A stretch of DNA of 64,000 bases, from assembly GCA_964450405.1 (NCBI GenBank), contig CAYVCQ010000019.1:30558-94557 (forward strand), in the 5' to 3' direction. Of this stretch, positions 38,330 to 48,647 are shown in pieces. Source of the stretch: an uncultured Leptospirales bacterium (lineage in GTDB: Bacteria > Spirochaetota > UBA4802 > UBA5550). The first letter of the stretch is position 1, and every line of letters starts with the position of its first letter. A program made the translations under genes and the position numbers. The notes under the pieces are model-generated. The model was given only the letters and a program-made list of their open reading frames with translations. It made no database searches and was not told the DNA's origin.

Positions 38330-39018
38330 ATTTAATTGTATATAATTTAATTTAAAGATTTCTGTCATATGCGATATTAGTTGATGTCTATTAATAGGAT
38401 TAGATCATTAATCATATTTTTAACAATATCAATATGTGGAAAGTCGATTCTGTCAAAATTCTCCAGCAGGAATTTAATCACAACTGGTGAGACAAAAAAT
38501 TTCCGTGATGTTTCGTCGATATAAAAGTAAATGAAAATAAAAAAGCTGGCTGCTTTAGTTTTTAATCCTCATGTTTATTTTTTAAACATTTTTTCTCTCT
38601 CCAGGACAGAAACAAAATTTAAACTGCAAAAAAAATATAAATATTTAAGTCTGTCTGAAGTACTATATGACAAAGTATTTCAGTCTCAGTTTAGCATGGA
38701 TAATCAATTTCTGAAATAAAAAATCAGCTAAGCTGGTGGAAACTATTCTCTGAATAAAGATATAAAGAACCGGTTTCCTCGATCTGAAAATGATCGATAT
38801 GTTAGATGTGTATCTCTAAAGCTATTGGAATTGAGCTCGGCTTCGAATTTCATTTATTTTTTGCTTATTTAAACATTACAAATTTAAATTGGATATTTTA
38901 TAAAATAGTTAATAAATAATTGTCTCTTCCATTGTTTTTCAATATGTTAAAAAGGTGACTTTTAAAAATTTTTAAAATCATCAGAATATAATAATCTGAA
39001 TTATTGGAGGAAGTTTTA

Positions 39019-39462
39019 ATGAAAAAGTTTTTAAGTATGTTTCTTTTAGTGTTATTTGTATCCGGAGTATCTGTATATGCTGCACCAAAAGATGATGCAA
39101 AGGCGATGACAAACAAAGCCATTGCTTTTTTTAAAGCTAAAGGTAAGGATGTAACCGTCGCAGAAATTCAGAAGAAAGACGGACAGTTTGTCAAGGGCGA
39201 AGTTTATATCTATGTATTTACCGAAGCGGGTATAGTGCTTGCTCATCCTATGCTTCCAAACTTTGTGGGTAAAAATTTTATGGATATAAAAGACGCAGAC
39301 GGGAAATATTTTATTAAAGAGTCTATTGAAGCTTTGAAAACAAAAGATGAAGTATGGATTAAATACAAGTGGAATAATCCTACTACAAAAAAAATCGGTT
39401 CGAAAATCTCTTTATTTAAAAAAGTCGGCGATATGATTTTTGCATGTGGAGTATGGGAATAA
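39019..39462 (+). CDS. Stand-alone periplasmic single Cache domain protein
   Basis: Signal peptide; YIYV, LAHP..GKN..KDADGK, YKW.NP..K.S, CG.W; GGAGG SD. Confidence 0.85.
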   Translation: MKKFLSMFLLVLFVSGVSVYAAPKDDAKAMTNKAIAFFKAKGKDVTVAEIQKKDGQFVKGEVYIYVFTEAGIVLAHPMLPNFVGKNFMDIKDADGKYFIKESIEALKTKDEVWIKYKWNNPTTKKIGSKISLFKKVGDMIFACGVWE

Positions 39463-39498
39463 TTTTTTTTAAGTTTTTAACCAACTGTCTTATTTTTT

Positions 39499-39543
39499 AA
39501 AATCTGCCTGTCTTTAAATTTTTTTAGAGGAAGGCAGATTTTT
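39499..39543 (+). terminator. Terminator-like hairpin between the Cache gene and the MCP gene
   Basis: AAAATCTGCCT...AGGCAGATTTTT. Confidence 0.55.
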
Positions 39544-39587
39544 ACGAATCTTTTGTTTTCCGATCTTCAAGTAACTCAGGGGTCTAT

Positions 39588-41318
39588 GTGAGAAAATATA
39601 TATTAAATCTTTCTATGAATAAAAAAGTTTTGCTGTCACCTGTAGTGGCAATAACGATTATTTCAATGCTGGGGATCATGTTTTTCACAGGGTTGATGAA
39701 TCAGAGAACAGCACTAAACAGCATTTTAAATGTCCGGTTTAATATATATCAGCAGAGTTCAGAAATCAATGCCAGTACTACTGCTGTACACGCGAACATC
39801 TACAAAATTTTAAATTACATGACATCTAAATTTGATCAGGAACAGATAAATAAGCTTACAGAAGAGCAGTGGAAAAGTCTAGATATAATAATTGAAAAGA
39901 TCAATGCACTCCTTAAATCCGATCTGCTTATGGATGATGAAAAAAAATTATACGAAGAATCATTAAAAAATGTCGTAGAGTATAAAGGAAAAGCCATGGA
40001 GGCAATTACAACTGCCGGTTATGATATGCTCACCGGCACTATTATGATGGGGATGTGTGATGATCAATATCAGATTCTGAGTGAGAATCTGAAAAAAATT
40101 ATGAGCAAGCAGAATGAACTTAGTATTAAACAGGGGAGCCGTGCAAAAAACAGCCTTGCAATATTTATTTCACTGACTATTATTTTTATAATAGCTGCTC
40201 TTGTTCTTACAACTGTTATTAGTATTTTTATCACAAGAGTAATTGTTAATCCGATCAGGAAAACCATAGCAATATTGCATAATATTTCAGAGGGAGAAGG
40301 TGACCTTACCAGAACTCTTGACGTACACACCAATGATGAAATAGGAGAGCTCGCAAAATTATTCAACGAGTTTGTTATGAAAATAAGAAATGTTGTAGCA
40401 AAGGTTAAGGATACTTCCATGCAGCTTGCAGCTTCATCTGATCACCTTTCTGCGGCTACCGGAACATTCTCAGAAAATGCCCAGGGGCAGGCGGCATCGG
40501 CGGAGGAAATTACAGCATCAATTGAAGAAATTCAGGCTAACATCAATGTTATTGCTGTGGGCTCCGTTGAACAATATGAGAGTGTGGCCTCTCTCACCTC
40601 AAAAATAGAAACTCTATCATCTATAATATTAAGTATGGATGTAAAAATAGAAGAGAGCTCGACATTATCTGAGTCTATGTATTCAGACGCAAGATCAAGG
40701 GAGCAGTCTCTCAAATATATGAGCGACAGTATGATCAATATTAATAAAAGTTCACAGGAGATGACCAACATTATTAATATTATTCATGACATTTCTGAAA
40801 AGATAAATCTGTTGTCTCTAAATGCTGCCATTGAAGCAGCTCGTGCAGGAGATGCCGGGAGAGGGTTTGCAGTTGTTGCCGATGAAATTTCCAAACTCGC
40901 CGATCAGACAGCACAGAGCCTTAAAGATATTGGATCGCTGATAAAGACAAGTGAAGATGAAATCAATAACGGTATTAAAAATGTAAATGAAACCTTCGAT
41001 ACAATTACTCATGTTATAACAGGAGTAAATGCCATAAGTGAAATGATGAAAAATATAAAGACTGATATGATAAATCAGAAAGAAGTTAATGCTGAGGTAA
41101 TAGCAGAGGTTAAAATTGTAGGAGAAAGATCTGAAGAAATTAAATTTTCAATTGATGAACAGAAGATGGCTATGCGGGAGATTATGAGTTCAATAACCAA
41201 TATAAGTGATCTTACGCAAAATAATTCAGCCGAAGCAGAAGAAATGGCGGGGGATGCAGGCAATCTTGCAGAACTTGCCAGCACTCAGAACACATTGGTA
41301 GATTTTTTTCATGTTTAA
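39588..41318 (+). CDS. Methyl-accepting chemotaxis protein (helical periplasmic domain, HAMP)
   Basis: Two TMs; GEGDLT..DEIG HAMP; [27 protein letters not shown]. Confidence 0.92.
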   Translation: MRKYILNLSMNKKVLLSPVVAITIISMLGIMFFTGLMNQRTALNSILNVRFNIYQQSSEINASTTAVHANIYKILNYMTSKFDQEQINKLTEEQWKSLDIIIEKINALLKSDLLMDDEKKLYEESLKNVVEYKGKAMEAITTAGYDMLTGTIMMGMCDDQYQILSENLKKIMSKQNELSIKQGSRAKNSLAIFISLTIIFIIAALVLTTVISIFITRVIVNPIRKTIAILHNISEGEGDLTRTLDVHTNDEIGELAKLFNEFVMKIRNVVAKVKDTSMQLAASSDHLSAATGTFSENAQGQAASAEEITASIEEIQANINVIAVGSVEQYESVASLTSKIETLSSIILSMDVKIEESSTLSESMYSDARSREQSLKYMSDSMININKSSQEMTNIINIIHDISEKINLLSLNAAIEAARAGDAGRGFAVVADEISKLADQTAQSLKDIGSLIKTSEDEINNGIKNVNETFDTITHVITGVNAISEMMKNIKTDMINQKEVNAEVIAEVKIVGERSEEIKFSIDEQKMAMREIMSSITNISDLTQNNSAEAEEMAGDAGNLAELASTQNTLVDFFHV

Positions 41319-41393
41319 TGACTCTCTGATTCAATTTATCGCATTTTTCACAGAATGATATGGTTTAAAATTATCTTTTATCTATAATAAAAT

Positions 41394-41432
41394 AAAAAAC
41401 CGAAGCACCTCTTAAGGCGCCCCGGTTTTTTA
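41394..41432. terminator. Bidirectional intrinsic terminator
   Basis: AAAAAACCG...CGGTTTTTT between convergent MCP and thiolase genes. Confidence 0.6.
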
Positions 41433-41493
41433 TAACCTGTTATCAAGTTCAAGGTAATGATGATCAACTACTCTGAACTTGTTTGTTATTCAG

Positions 41494-42675
41494 TTACTTG
41501 ATAAGCTCGATAATGGTCGCAACAGCAGGTCCGCCGCCGGCACAAAGTGAAGCAAGACCGTACTTAACGTTTCTCTTCTGCATTTCGTGCATAAGTGTAA
41601 CAATAAGTCTGCATCCTGTCTGTCCAACCGGGTGTCCAAGTGAAATTCCTGATCCGTTTACGTTTATAATTTCTTTATCTATTTTGAGATCTCTGTTACA
41701 TGCAATAACCTGAGCTGCAAATGCTTCGTTTAATTCCCATAGTCCGATGTCGCTCATTGTTAATCCGGCATATTTAAGAACCTTTGCAACCGCGGGAACA
41801 ACTCCCCAACCCATAATTTTAGGATCACAACCTGCAGAAGCTGTGGCAACTATTTTCGCAAGAGGTTTCAGTCCAAGCTCCTTTGCTTTATCAGAACTTG
41901 ATAGAACAAGTGAAGCTCCTCCGTCATTTAGGGATGAAGCGTTTCCTGCAGTTACAGTTCCGTCTTTTTTGAACGCAGACTTCTGTGAAGCTAGAGCTTC
42001 AAGTGTGAGATTAGCGTTAGGATGTTCATCTGTATCTACTACAACATCACCCTTTCTTGATTTTACAGTAACAGGAACTATCTCATCTTTAAACTTGCCG
42101 GCTTTGATAGCAGCAACCGCTCTCTGGTGACTCATGTATGACCACTCGTCCTGCTCCTCTCTTGTTACCTTAAACTGCTCTGCAAGATTCTCTGCAGTGA
42201 TACCCATGTGGTAGTTGTTGAATGCATCAACAAGTCCGTCGTGAAGCATATGGTCAACAAATGGCTGATCTCCCATTCTAAGTCCCTGACGTGCCTTAAG
42301 AGACATGTATGGAGCGTTACTCATGCTTTCGTATCCTGCTACAACTTCAATGTCATGTTTCCCAAGCATAATCTGCTGTGATGCAATTTCTGTCGCACGC
42401 ATAGATGCAGGACAAAGCTGGGTTACTGTACATGATACTGATTCTACTCTGCATCCTGAACCAAGTGCAACCTGTCTTCCGGTGTTGCCTTTACATCCCG
42501 CCTGCAGGCAATGTCCGGCGATCAGTTCATCAACCAGCTCAGGTTTTACACCTGCTTTTTCCATAGCGGATTTAGCCGCAATTGTGCCTAGTTCAACGGC
42601 AGATAGAGAACTGAGTGCTCCCTGATAATCTCCTATCGGTGTACGGCTTGCTCCTAGAATTACTGCTTCTTTCAT
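41494..42675 (-). CDS. Acetyl-CoA C-acetyltransferase (thiolase)
   Basis: RTPIG, catalytic Cys in QLCPAS, NEAF, GHPVG, LCAGGG. Confidence 0.92.
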   Translation of the reverse strand: MKEAVILGASRTPIGDYQGALSSLSAVELGTIAAKSAMEKAGVKPELVDELIAGHCLQAGCKGNTGRQVALGSGCRVESVSCTVTQLCPASMRATEIASQQIMLGKHDIEVVAGYESMSNAPYMSLKARQGLRMGDQPFVDHMLHDGLVDAFNNYHMGITAENLAEQFKVTREEQDEWSYMSHQRAVAAIKAGKFKDEIVPVTVKSRKGDVVVDTDEHPNANLTLEALASQKSAFKKDGTVTAGNASSLNDGGASLVLSSSDKAKELGLKPLAKIVATASAGCDPKIMGWGVVPAVAKVLKYAGLTMSDIGLWELNEAFAAQVIACNRDLKIDKEIINVNGSGISLGHPVGQTGCRLIVTLMHEMQKRNVKYGLASLCAGGGPAVATIIELIK

Positions 42676-43001
42676 AAAGTACTATCCCCCATTTTAATGT
42701 TATGCATTTTTTTGCCGGTATTTAAACATCTCTAAATGTCATCTGAAAATTGATGACTGCAGCCGGAAGAGAGGTTAAACCGGTTGATCAATAATAATAC
42801 TGCCGGAATTTGAAATTATAACAACGGAAAAATTCAGGAATTCATATTATTGGTGAGACAAAATACAAATTATCCTAAAGAGTATCAAGTATTATTTTTA
42901 TTAAAAATAAACTGCAGGCATAGATAAACTGAGTTTTTAGAAAAAAAGAGGCTTTTTTGTGTAAAGTTTTCTTCAGTATTTATAAAATAACATAATATAT
43001 G

Positions 43002-43838
43002 TTATTTTATAAATGTTCCATTATTCAATTCTTTAAATGCATGATCGAGCTCTTCTTCCGTATTCATTACTATCGGTCCGCGCCATGCAACCGGTTCATG
43101 AAGAGGATTGCCGGCAAAAATCAGAAACCGGGCTTTTTCTTCGGTCTGAATTTTTAAACGCTCTCCGCTTTCAAATACAATCATAGACCCATTTTTCATA
43201 TTCTGAGAATCAGATCCGTAAAAGATATTCCCTTCGAAAAGAAACAGGAATTTATTGCTGGCAGAATCAATATCAATAATAAACTCCTTTGCCGCATCAA
43301 GGGATACATCGATGTATAAGGGATTGCCGGATATATCCTGTGCTGCTCCTTTGATTCCTCCGAACTCTCCCGACAGAACTTTAACTTTTATACCGCTGTC
43401 AATGAAAGAAGGTATTTTATCTGAAATAATATCCCGGTATTTAGGAGTGCACATTTTGTCTTTTTTGGGAAGGTTTACCCAGAGCTGAAATCCCTTGAGA
43501 GTGCCGGCAGTATTGAGAGGCATCTCCTGGTGAATAATTCCGCTCCCTGCGGTCATCCACTGCGCGTCACCGGCTCCAATTACACCTCTATTCCCCAGAG
43601 AATCACCATGTTCCACCTCTCCGTTGATCATATAAGTTACTGTTTCGATTCCCCGGTGCGGGTGCCAGGGGAAACCTCTAAGATAATCGTCGGGATTGTC
43701 AGATCCGAAGTGATCAAAAAGAAGAAAAGGATCTGTCAGTTCCGGATCTCCGAAACCGAAAAATCTTTTCAGCTTCACTCCTGCTCCCTCCATAACATAT
43801 TGTCCGGTTAAATTCTTTTTTATTTTACATTCATTCAT
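43002..43838 (-). CDS. Pirin family protein
   Basis: DPFLL.DH, GFPWHPHRGIET, MTAGSGIIHQE, QLWVNL; ATG at 43838 overlaps the GNAT stop. Confidence 0.92.
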   Translation of the reverse strand: MNECKIKKNLTGQYVMEGAGVKLKRFFGFGDPELTDPFLLFDHFGSDNPDDYLRGFPWHPHRGIETVTYMINGEVEHGDSLGNRGVIGAGDAQWMTAGSGIIHQEMPLNTAGTLKGFQLWVNLPKKDKMCTPKYRDIISDKIPSFIDSGIKVKVLSGEFGGIKGAAQDISGNPLYIDVSLDAAKEFIIDIDSASNKFLFLFEGNIFYGSDSQNMKNGSMIVFESGERLKIQTEEKARFLIFAGNPLHEPVAWRGPIVMNTEEELDHAFKELNNGTFIK

Positions 43839-44352
43839 CACGCAGCTCCACATCTGTTTCAAATAGTGCAAGTCTAAGATTGTTGTAGTGAGCAGGTAAA
43901 TCCGGGGCTTCATCCATATCCTTAAAACCTATATGTCTGAACCCCGCCCTGATGTAGTAATTGATCAGTTCTTTATTGCTCCCCCATGTGTCTATCCGGA
44001 TATATTTTCTGTTTATAAGCCGTGCTTTAATCCGGGCCCATTCAAATACAAAGCGTGTAAGTCCCAGGCCTCTGAACTCCGTAGAAGTGACGCCTCGATG
44101 AAGATAGAGTGCATCTCCTCTCTCGTCTTTACCCCATATTACCGGATCACTGAATGCAACAGAAAAGTAGCAGAGAATTTTTCCGCCTGATGTAAGTTTG
44201 TAGTTTAAGTCGGATTCAATCTCTCTGGTAATAATTTCTTCTGGAAAATCAGGCCATACGGGGTTGCCCCCCTCTTTCTGGAGATGAATGGCTTCGTCCC
44301 ACATAACACGCATTATTTTAATATCTTCAGGGGATGTTTTAAGTATTTCCAT
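43831..44352 (-). CDS. GNAT family N-acetyltransferase
   Basis: YLHR..T..FRGLGL, IRIDTW..N..LI.YY...GF. Confidence 0.85.
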   Translation of the reverse strand: MEILKTSPEDIKIMRVMWDEAIHLQKEGGNPVWPDFPEEIITREIESDLNYKLTSGGKILCYFSVAFSDPVIWGKDERGDALYLHRGVTSTEFRGLGLTRFVFEWARIKARLINRKYIRIDTWGSNKELINYYIRAGFRHIGFKDMDEAPDLPAHYNNLRLALFETDVELRDE

Positions 44353-45303
44353 TTATATCAGCAGCTCCATAAACTTATCGTAAACATTTCTTTCGTCAAA
44401 AAGGCTTATATCATTTATAATTCCTCCAGCCATATCGGAATGACCTCCACCGAATCCGATACCCTTTAGTGCAGCCTGAATTACAGAGCTGCAGTTCCAT
44501 TTGCTGCTTTCATTACGGAGTGAAAAATTTATTTTATCATTATTTTTCGCAAGGAGTATAACAAAATCCACCTCTTTAAGAGCGAGAAAAAAATCCCCAA
44601 GAATTCCAAGCATATTCTGGTTACACCCATCTGCAAAATAACAGTAGGCAATTTCATTGCTGATTAAAACTCTGTCAATTGCCTCTTTGTAAAATTCAAG
44701 ATCTTTCTGCTGAATAAAGTTTCTTAAGATTGAGTTTACCAGCCTTACATCGGAAAGTGTATAAAGTGCCGAATATGCGTAAATATCATTTTCGCTAACA
44801 CCGCGGGTTAATAATGAAGTATCCATGTTGATGCCTATAAGAAGCGCGCTGGCAACATTCTGAGGAATTGTGATATTATGCTCGTTGAAATAGCTGAAAA
44901 CAATAGATGAGCACGCTCCGTAATCAGAGCGGATATCGTTAAATGCTACATCTTCTGCTTTATCCACCTGGTGATGGTCAATAACTCCTACTTCATCGCC
45001 GATAAGGTCAGTGACATTTTTATTGCCCTTGCATCCGTCAACAATTACAATTTTGTCCTCAGCATTCATGTTGTATTCTGATATCGGTTTAATATCTATT
45101 TTTAGAGAACTGATCATATCCTGCAGTGAATCTCTCTGAATATCTCCATCAAAAGTTAAATGGGATTTTATGCTGAAATGATTAAAGAATTCCTGAAGAG
45201 CAAATGCCGATGCAACAGCATCATGGTCCGGATAGTTGTGTGTCTGTATATAAATATGTTTCTCTTTCTGAAGAAGTTCCACCAGGGCCATTATGTTTTT
45301 CAT
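44353..45303 (-). CDS. DHH family phosphoesterase
   Basis: H.YPDHDA, VD, IDHH, DT, GGGH..MAGG. Confidence 0.88.
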   Translation of the reverse strand: MKNIMALVELLQKEKHIYIQTHNYPDHDAVASAFALQEFFNHFSIKSHLTFDGDIQRDSLQDMISSLKIDIKPISEYNMNAEDKIVIVDGCKGNKNVTDLIGDEVGVIDHHQVDKAEDVAFNDIRSDYGACSSIVFSYFNEHNITIPQNVASALLIGINMDTSLLTRGVSENDIYAYSALYTLSDVRLVNSILRNFIQQKDLEFYKEAIDRVLISNEIAYCYFADGCNQNMLGILGDFFLALKEVDFVILLAKNNDKINFSLRNESSKWNCSSVIQAALKGIGFGGGHSDMAGGIINDISLFDERNVYDKFMELLI

Positions 45304-45437
45304 GCTATCTCCGTTGAATGATTTTTTAACCCCAGAAGTATCCCGAAAGATTTTGGAGATACTTATATGAATTTAATTTGCAGCCGGATCCACGTACCCC
45401 GGTCGGCCAAAAACAGTTCCGATGGAAGAGTCTTGAC

Positions 45438-46031
45438 TTAGGGCTTCTTCATCACAACTGAACGGCTGAGAGAAATCCGCGGCTCTTCAACTGTTCTGAA
45501 ACCTGCATCAATCAGAAGCTGGATAGATGCATCAAATCTTTTTTTATCTACATGAATTTTCGGTTCTGCTATAAGAAGTCTGGCACCGCTCTTCATAACA
45601 GTTTTAATTTCATTTATAAATGTCGTTTTATTGTTAACTTCATGATACATCCAGAAAAGCAGAACAAAATCAAAGTTTTCATTGAGATCAAATTTATCTC
45701 CATCATAAAGTTTTATCTCTATGTTTTCGATTTTATTTTTTGCAGCCTTTTTCTCTAGTCGCTTCAGCATGCCCTCCTGGATATCAAGAGCAACAACTTT
45801 GCCGTTTCCACCGGCCATCTGCGACATGGGAAATGTAAAATATCCCATCCCGGGGCCTATATCAAGGATTACATCATCAGGTTTTATATATCCGCTTAAT
45901 ATTTTAAATGGGTTCTGAAGCAATCCCCGGATGGGATTATCGAATGTAAAACAGAGCCACCATGGGCAGGTGTGCTTATCCCTCACAAAAATTTTATCCA
46001 TTATTTTTGTCATACAATGTCCTTTGCTCAT
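45438..46031 (-). CDS. Class I SAM-dependent methyltransferase
   Basis: [23 protein letters not shown]. Confidence 0.85.
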   Translation of the reverse strand: MSKGHCMTKIMDKIFVRDKHTCPWWLCFTFDNPIRGLLQNPFKILSGYIKPDDVILDIGPGMGYFTFPMSQMAGGNGKVVALDIQEGMLKRLEKKAAKNKIENIEIKLYDGDKFDLNENFDFVLLFWMYHEVNNKTTFINEIKTVMKSGARLLIAEPKIHVDKKRFDASIQLLIDAGFRTVEEPRISLSRSVVMKKP

Positions 46032-47476
46032 TGATTGGAGGTTTTGAAAACCTCGGTCAATTCTGCCAGTTCCTTTGCTCTGTCTGACATATTTTCACTT
46101 GCTGCAGCAGTCTCTTCGACAAGTGCTGCATTCTGCTGAGTCATGGAATTCATTTCATTTATTGCTGAGTTAATCTGGGTGATTCCCGATTTTTGTTCAT
46201 AGGTTGATGCAGTAATCTCCAGCATTAAGTTTGATACATTCCTTACTGATGCGACAATTTCTTTTATGGCTTCACCGCTTTCGTTCGCCTGTGCGGTTCC
46301 CTTATCAATTTTCTGAATCGATTCGGTTATGAGCTTGCTGATCTCCTTTGCAGCAGTTCCGGATCTCTGCGCAAGATTTCTAACCTCGGCGGCGACAACG
46401 GCAAAACCGCGTCCCTGTTCACCGGCCCGTGCAGCCTCAACAGCTGCGTTAAGGGCGAGAAGATTTGTCTGAAATGCTATTTCATTTATAACTGAGGTGA
46501 TATCTCCGATTTTTTTACTTGAATCTTTTATCTCGTTTATCGATAAAACAGATGCATTTACAAGTTCATTCCCTTTCTCTGCAAAGCTAAGAGAGGCTTT
46601 TGATGTTTCACTCGCATTTGTTGAACTTTCACTATTCTGATCTATAAGTGATGCTGTTTCCTCCATAGAGGATGCAATCTCTTCTATCGCCGCAGCCTGC
46701 TGAGATGTTCTTTGAGCTAATTCCTGATTTCCTCTATTGATCTCTCCAATAGTTTCAAGAAGAAATCTCATAGATGCTTTTACAGATGAAAGTGTAGAAT
46801 CAAGGTTTCCTGATGCATGGTTGATATTCTTTGCAAGTTTTCCTATTTCATCCATACTCTTTACTTCAATCTTTGAAGTAAGATTATTTTCAGCCAGCTG
46901 ATCTACGGCATCAAAAATATCTTTAAGTGGAGCAACAACCATTTTAGCAATTGTATTAAGACCGGCAATTACAAGTATCAGAATTAATAATAATATTATC
47001 CCGATTTTATTTCTTGTCTGACCTATATTAATATCTCTGTAGTGGCTGGTAAAACTTACATTTACTTTGCCGATTACATTATTCTCTCTTATAATATCCG
47101 CACTTCTGGAAAAGTCGTAACTCCCCTTAATATCTTTTTTAAGATCTATAAGTTTAGTATCGTTTTTATCGCTGATTGTAATTGAAACAATATCTGTATC
47201 AAGAAAAAATGAATCTGAATTTTTAGTAAGTCCATCCTGATTAAAATTCCAGACATTTTCGGTGTTGGTAAAAGCTATCAGGTTTGTAAGCCTCTCCGCA
47301 TTAGAGTTGAGCTCCTGGTAATTCTTTTTTTTCTGGTCGGAGATAATAAAGATCGTAAACAATATAAATGTAATAACAAGCAGGATTGCAGAGGGGATTG
47401 TGAATTTCTGACGGATATTCATAGATAGAATATATTTCCCGATTTTTGAATCACGATAATCGTCTTTAATCTGCAT
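46028..47476 (-). CDS. Methyl-accepting chemotaxis protein with a small periplasmic domain
   Basis: Two TMs; HAMP (DEIG); [30 protein letters not shown]. Confidence 0.92.
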   Translation of the reverse strand: MQIKDDYRDSKIGKYILSMNIRQKFTIPSAILLVITFILFTIFIISDQKKKNYQELNSNAERLTNLIAFTNTENVWNFNQDGLTKNSDSFFLDTDIVSITISDKNDTKLIDLKKDIKGSYDFSRSADIIRENNVIGKVNVSFTSHYRDINIGQTRNKIGIILLLILILVIAGLNTIAKMVVAPLKDIFDAVDQLAENNLTSKIEVKSMDEIGKLAKNINHASGNLDSTLSSVKASMRFLLETIGEINRGNQELAQRTSQQAAAIEEIASSMEETASLIDQNSESSTNASETSKASLSFAEKGNELVNASVLSINEIKDSSKKIGDITSVINEIAFQTNLLALNAAVEAARAGEQGRGFAVVAAEVRNLAQRSGTAAKEISKLITESIQKIDKGTAQANESGEAIKEIVASVRNVSNLMLEITASTYEQKSGITQINSAINEMNSMTQQNAALVEETAAASENMSDRAKELAELTEVFKTSNQ

Positions 47477-47696
47477 ACAATCCTCACTTTATAAGATGTT
47501 GAATTCACTCAAAACGAATACCAACAAACGTATTATTTTAAAGCATGGTAAGGCATTAAATTATAATTTATAATACACTTTTTAAAGTAAATAGTCAAAT
47601 TTTTAGAATTTTTTTAATCAATACTTGAATTTGATCATATCAGTAAGTATTCTAAATAGTAATTAAGAATAACTATGTTAACCAGGGAGGTTCATT

Positions 47697-48446
47697 GTGA
47701 TAAAACGTTTAAGTATTTTTGCTGCTGTTATTGGTGTAGTGATGATGTTTATGGTTCATGGCCAGGCTCAGGAGAAAGTTGTTACTCTTGCAAGTCTTGA
47801 CTGGGAGCCGTATATCGGAGCTAAAATACCCGGTAATGGATACTGCGCTCAAATTGCAGTTGAGGCCTTTAAGCGCGGCGGCTACACTGTGAAGATTGCG
47901 TATCTGCCATGGGAGAGAGCTGTAAAAGAATCAGAGGCAGGGAGTTATGATGGTCTATTTCCTGAGTATTTTGACGAAAGCCGTAAGGCGAAGTTTGTCT
48001 ATTCCGATTCATTCCCAGGCGGACCTGTGGGTCTTATGAAGCGTAAAGACAAGACGATTACTTTTAAAACTCTTCAGGATCTGAAGCCTTACACAATTGG
48101 AGTTGTGAGAGGGTATATCAACACCGCGGAGTTTGATGCTGCATCATATTTAAAGAAAACTCAGTCTGAAGGTGATGATGTAAACATCAAGAATCTATAT
48201 AATAAACAGCTCGATCTGATTTTTATAGATCAGTATGTTGCCCAGTATATTATCAAAACACAATATCCGACATATGCGTCAGCACTTGAGTTTATGAAGC
48301 CAGCACTTGAGAAAAAGGATCTTTACATTGCATTTTCTAAAAAGGGAAAAGATTCAGAGGCCAAGCGTAAAGCATTCAATGCAGGACTAAAGGCGATGAA
48401 GGCTGATGGAACATTGCAGAAACTTATCAGCGGTGGTGTTAAATAG
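47697..48446 (+). CDS. Periplasmic substrate-binding protein, family 3
   Basis: Signal peptide; DWEPY, PWERA, IGVVRGY, FN.GL..MK.DG; GGAGG SD. Confidence 0.85.
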   Translation: MIKRLSIFAAVIGVVMMFMVHGQAQEKVVTLASLDWEPYIGAKIPGNGYCAQIAVEAFKRGGYTVKIAYLPWERAVKESEAGSYDGLFPEYFDESRKAKFVYSDSFPGGPVGLMKRKDKTITFKTLQDLKPYTIGVVRGYINTAEFDAASYLKKTQSEGDDVNIKNLYNKQLDLIFIDQYVAQYIIKTQYPTYASALEFMKPALEKKDLYIAFSKKGKDSEAKRKAFNAGLKAMKADGTLQKLISGGVK

Positions 48447-48482
48447 AATAACGGATTTGAGACCGGATTTCAGATGTCCGTT

Positions 48483-48590
48483 CGCTGTCATTCCGGCTGT
48501 AGTGAAACGAAATGCCGGAATCTCATACTACTGATTCTATCAGGAGATTCCGGTATTTGCACGAATTTAAGCAGCAAAACCGGAAAGACA
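48483..48590. repeat. ~105 bp GTCATTCC-type repeat, family D
   Basis: Aligns along its length with the reverse complement of 54615-54719. Confidence 0.85.
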
Positions 48591-48647
48591 AATACGTAAA
48601 TATCAGACATTTTGGTCAGCCCCTCTTTTTGTAGAGGGATTCTCCTG

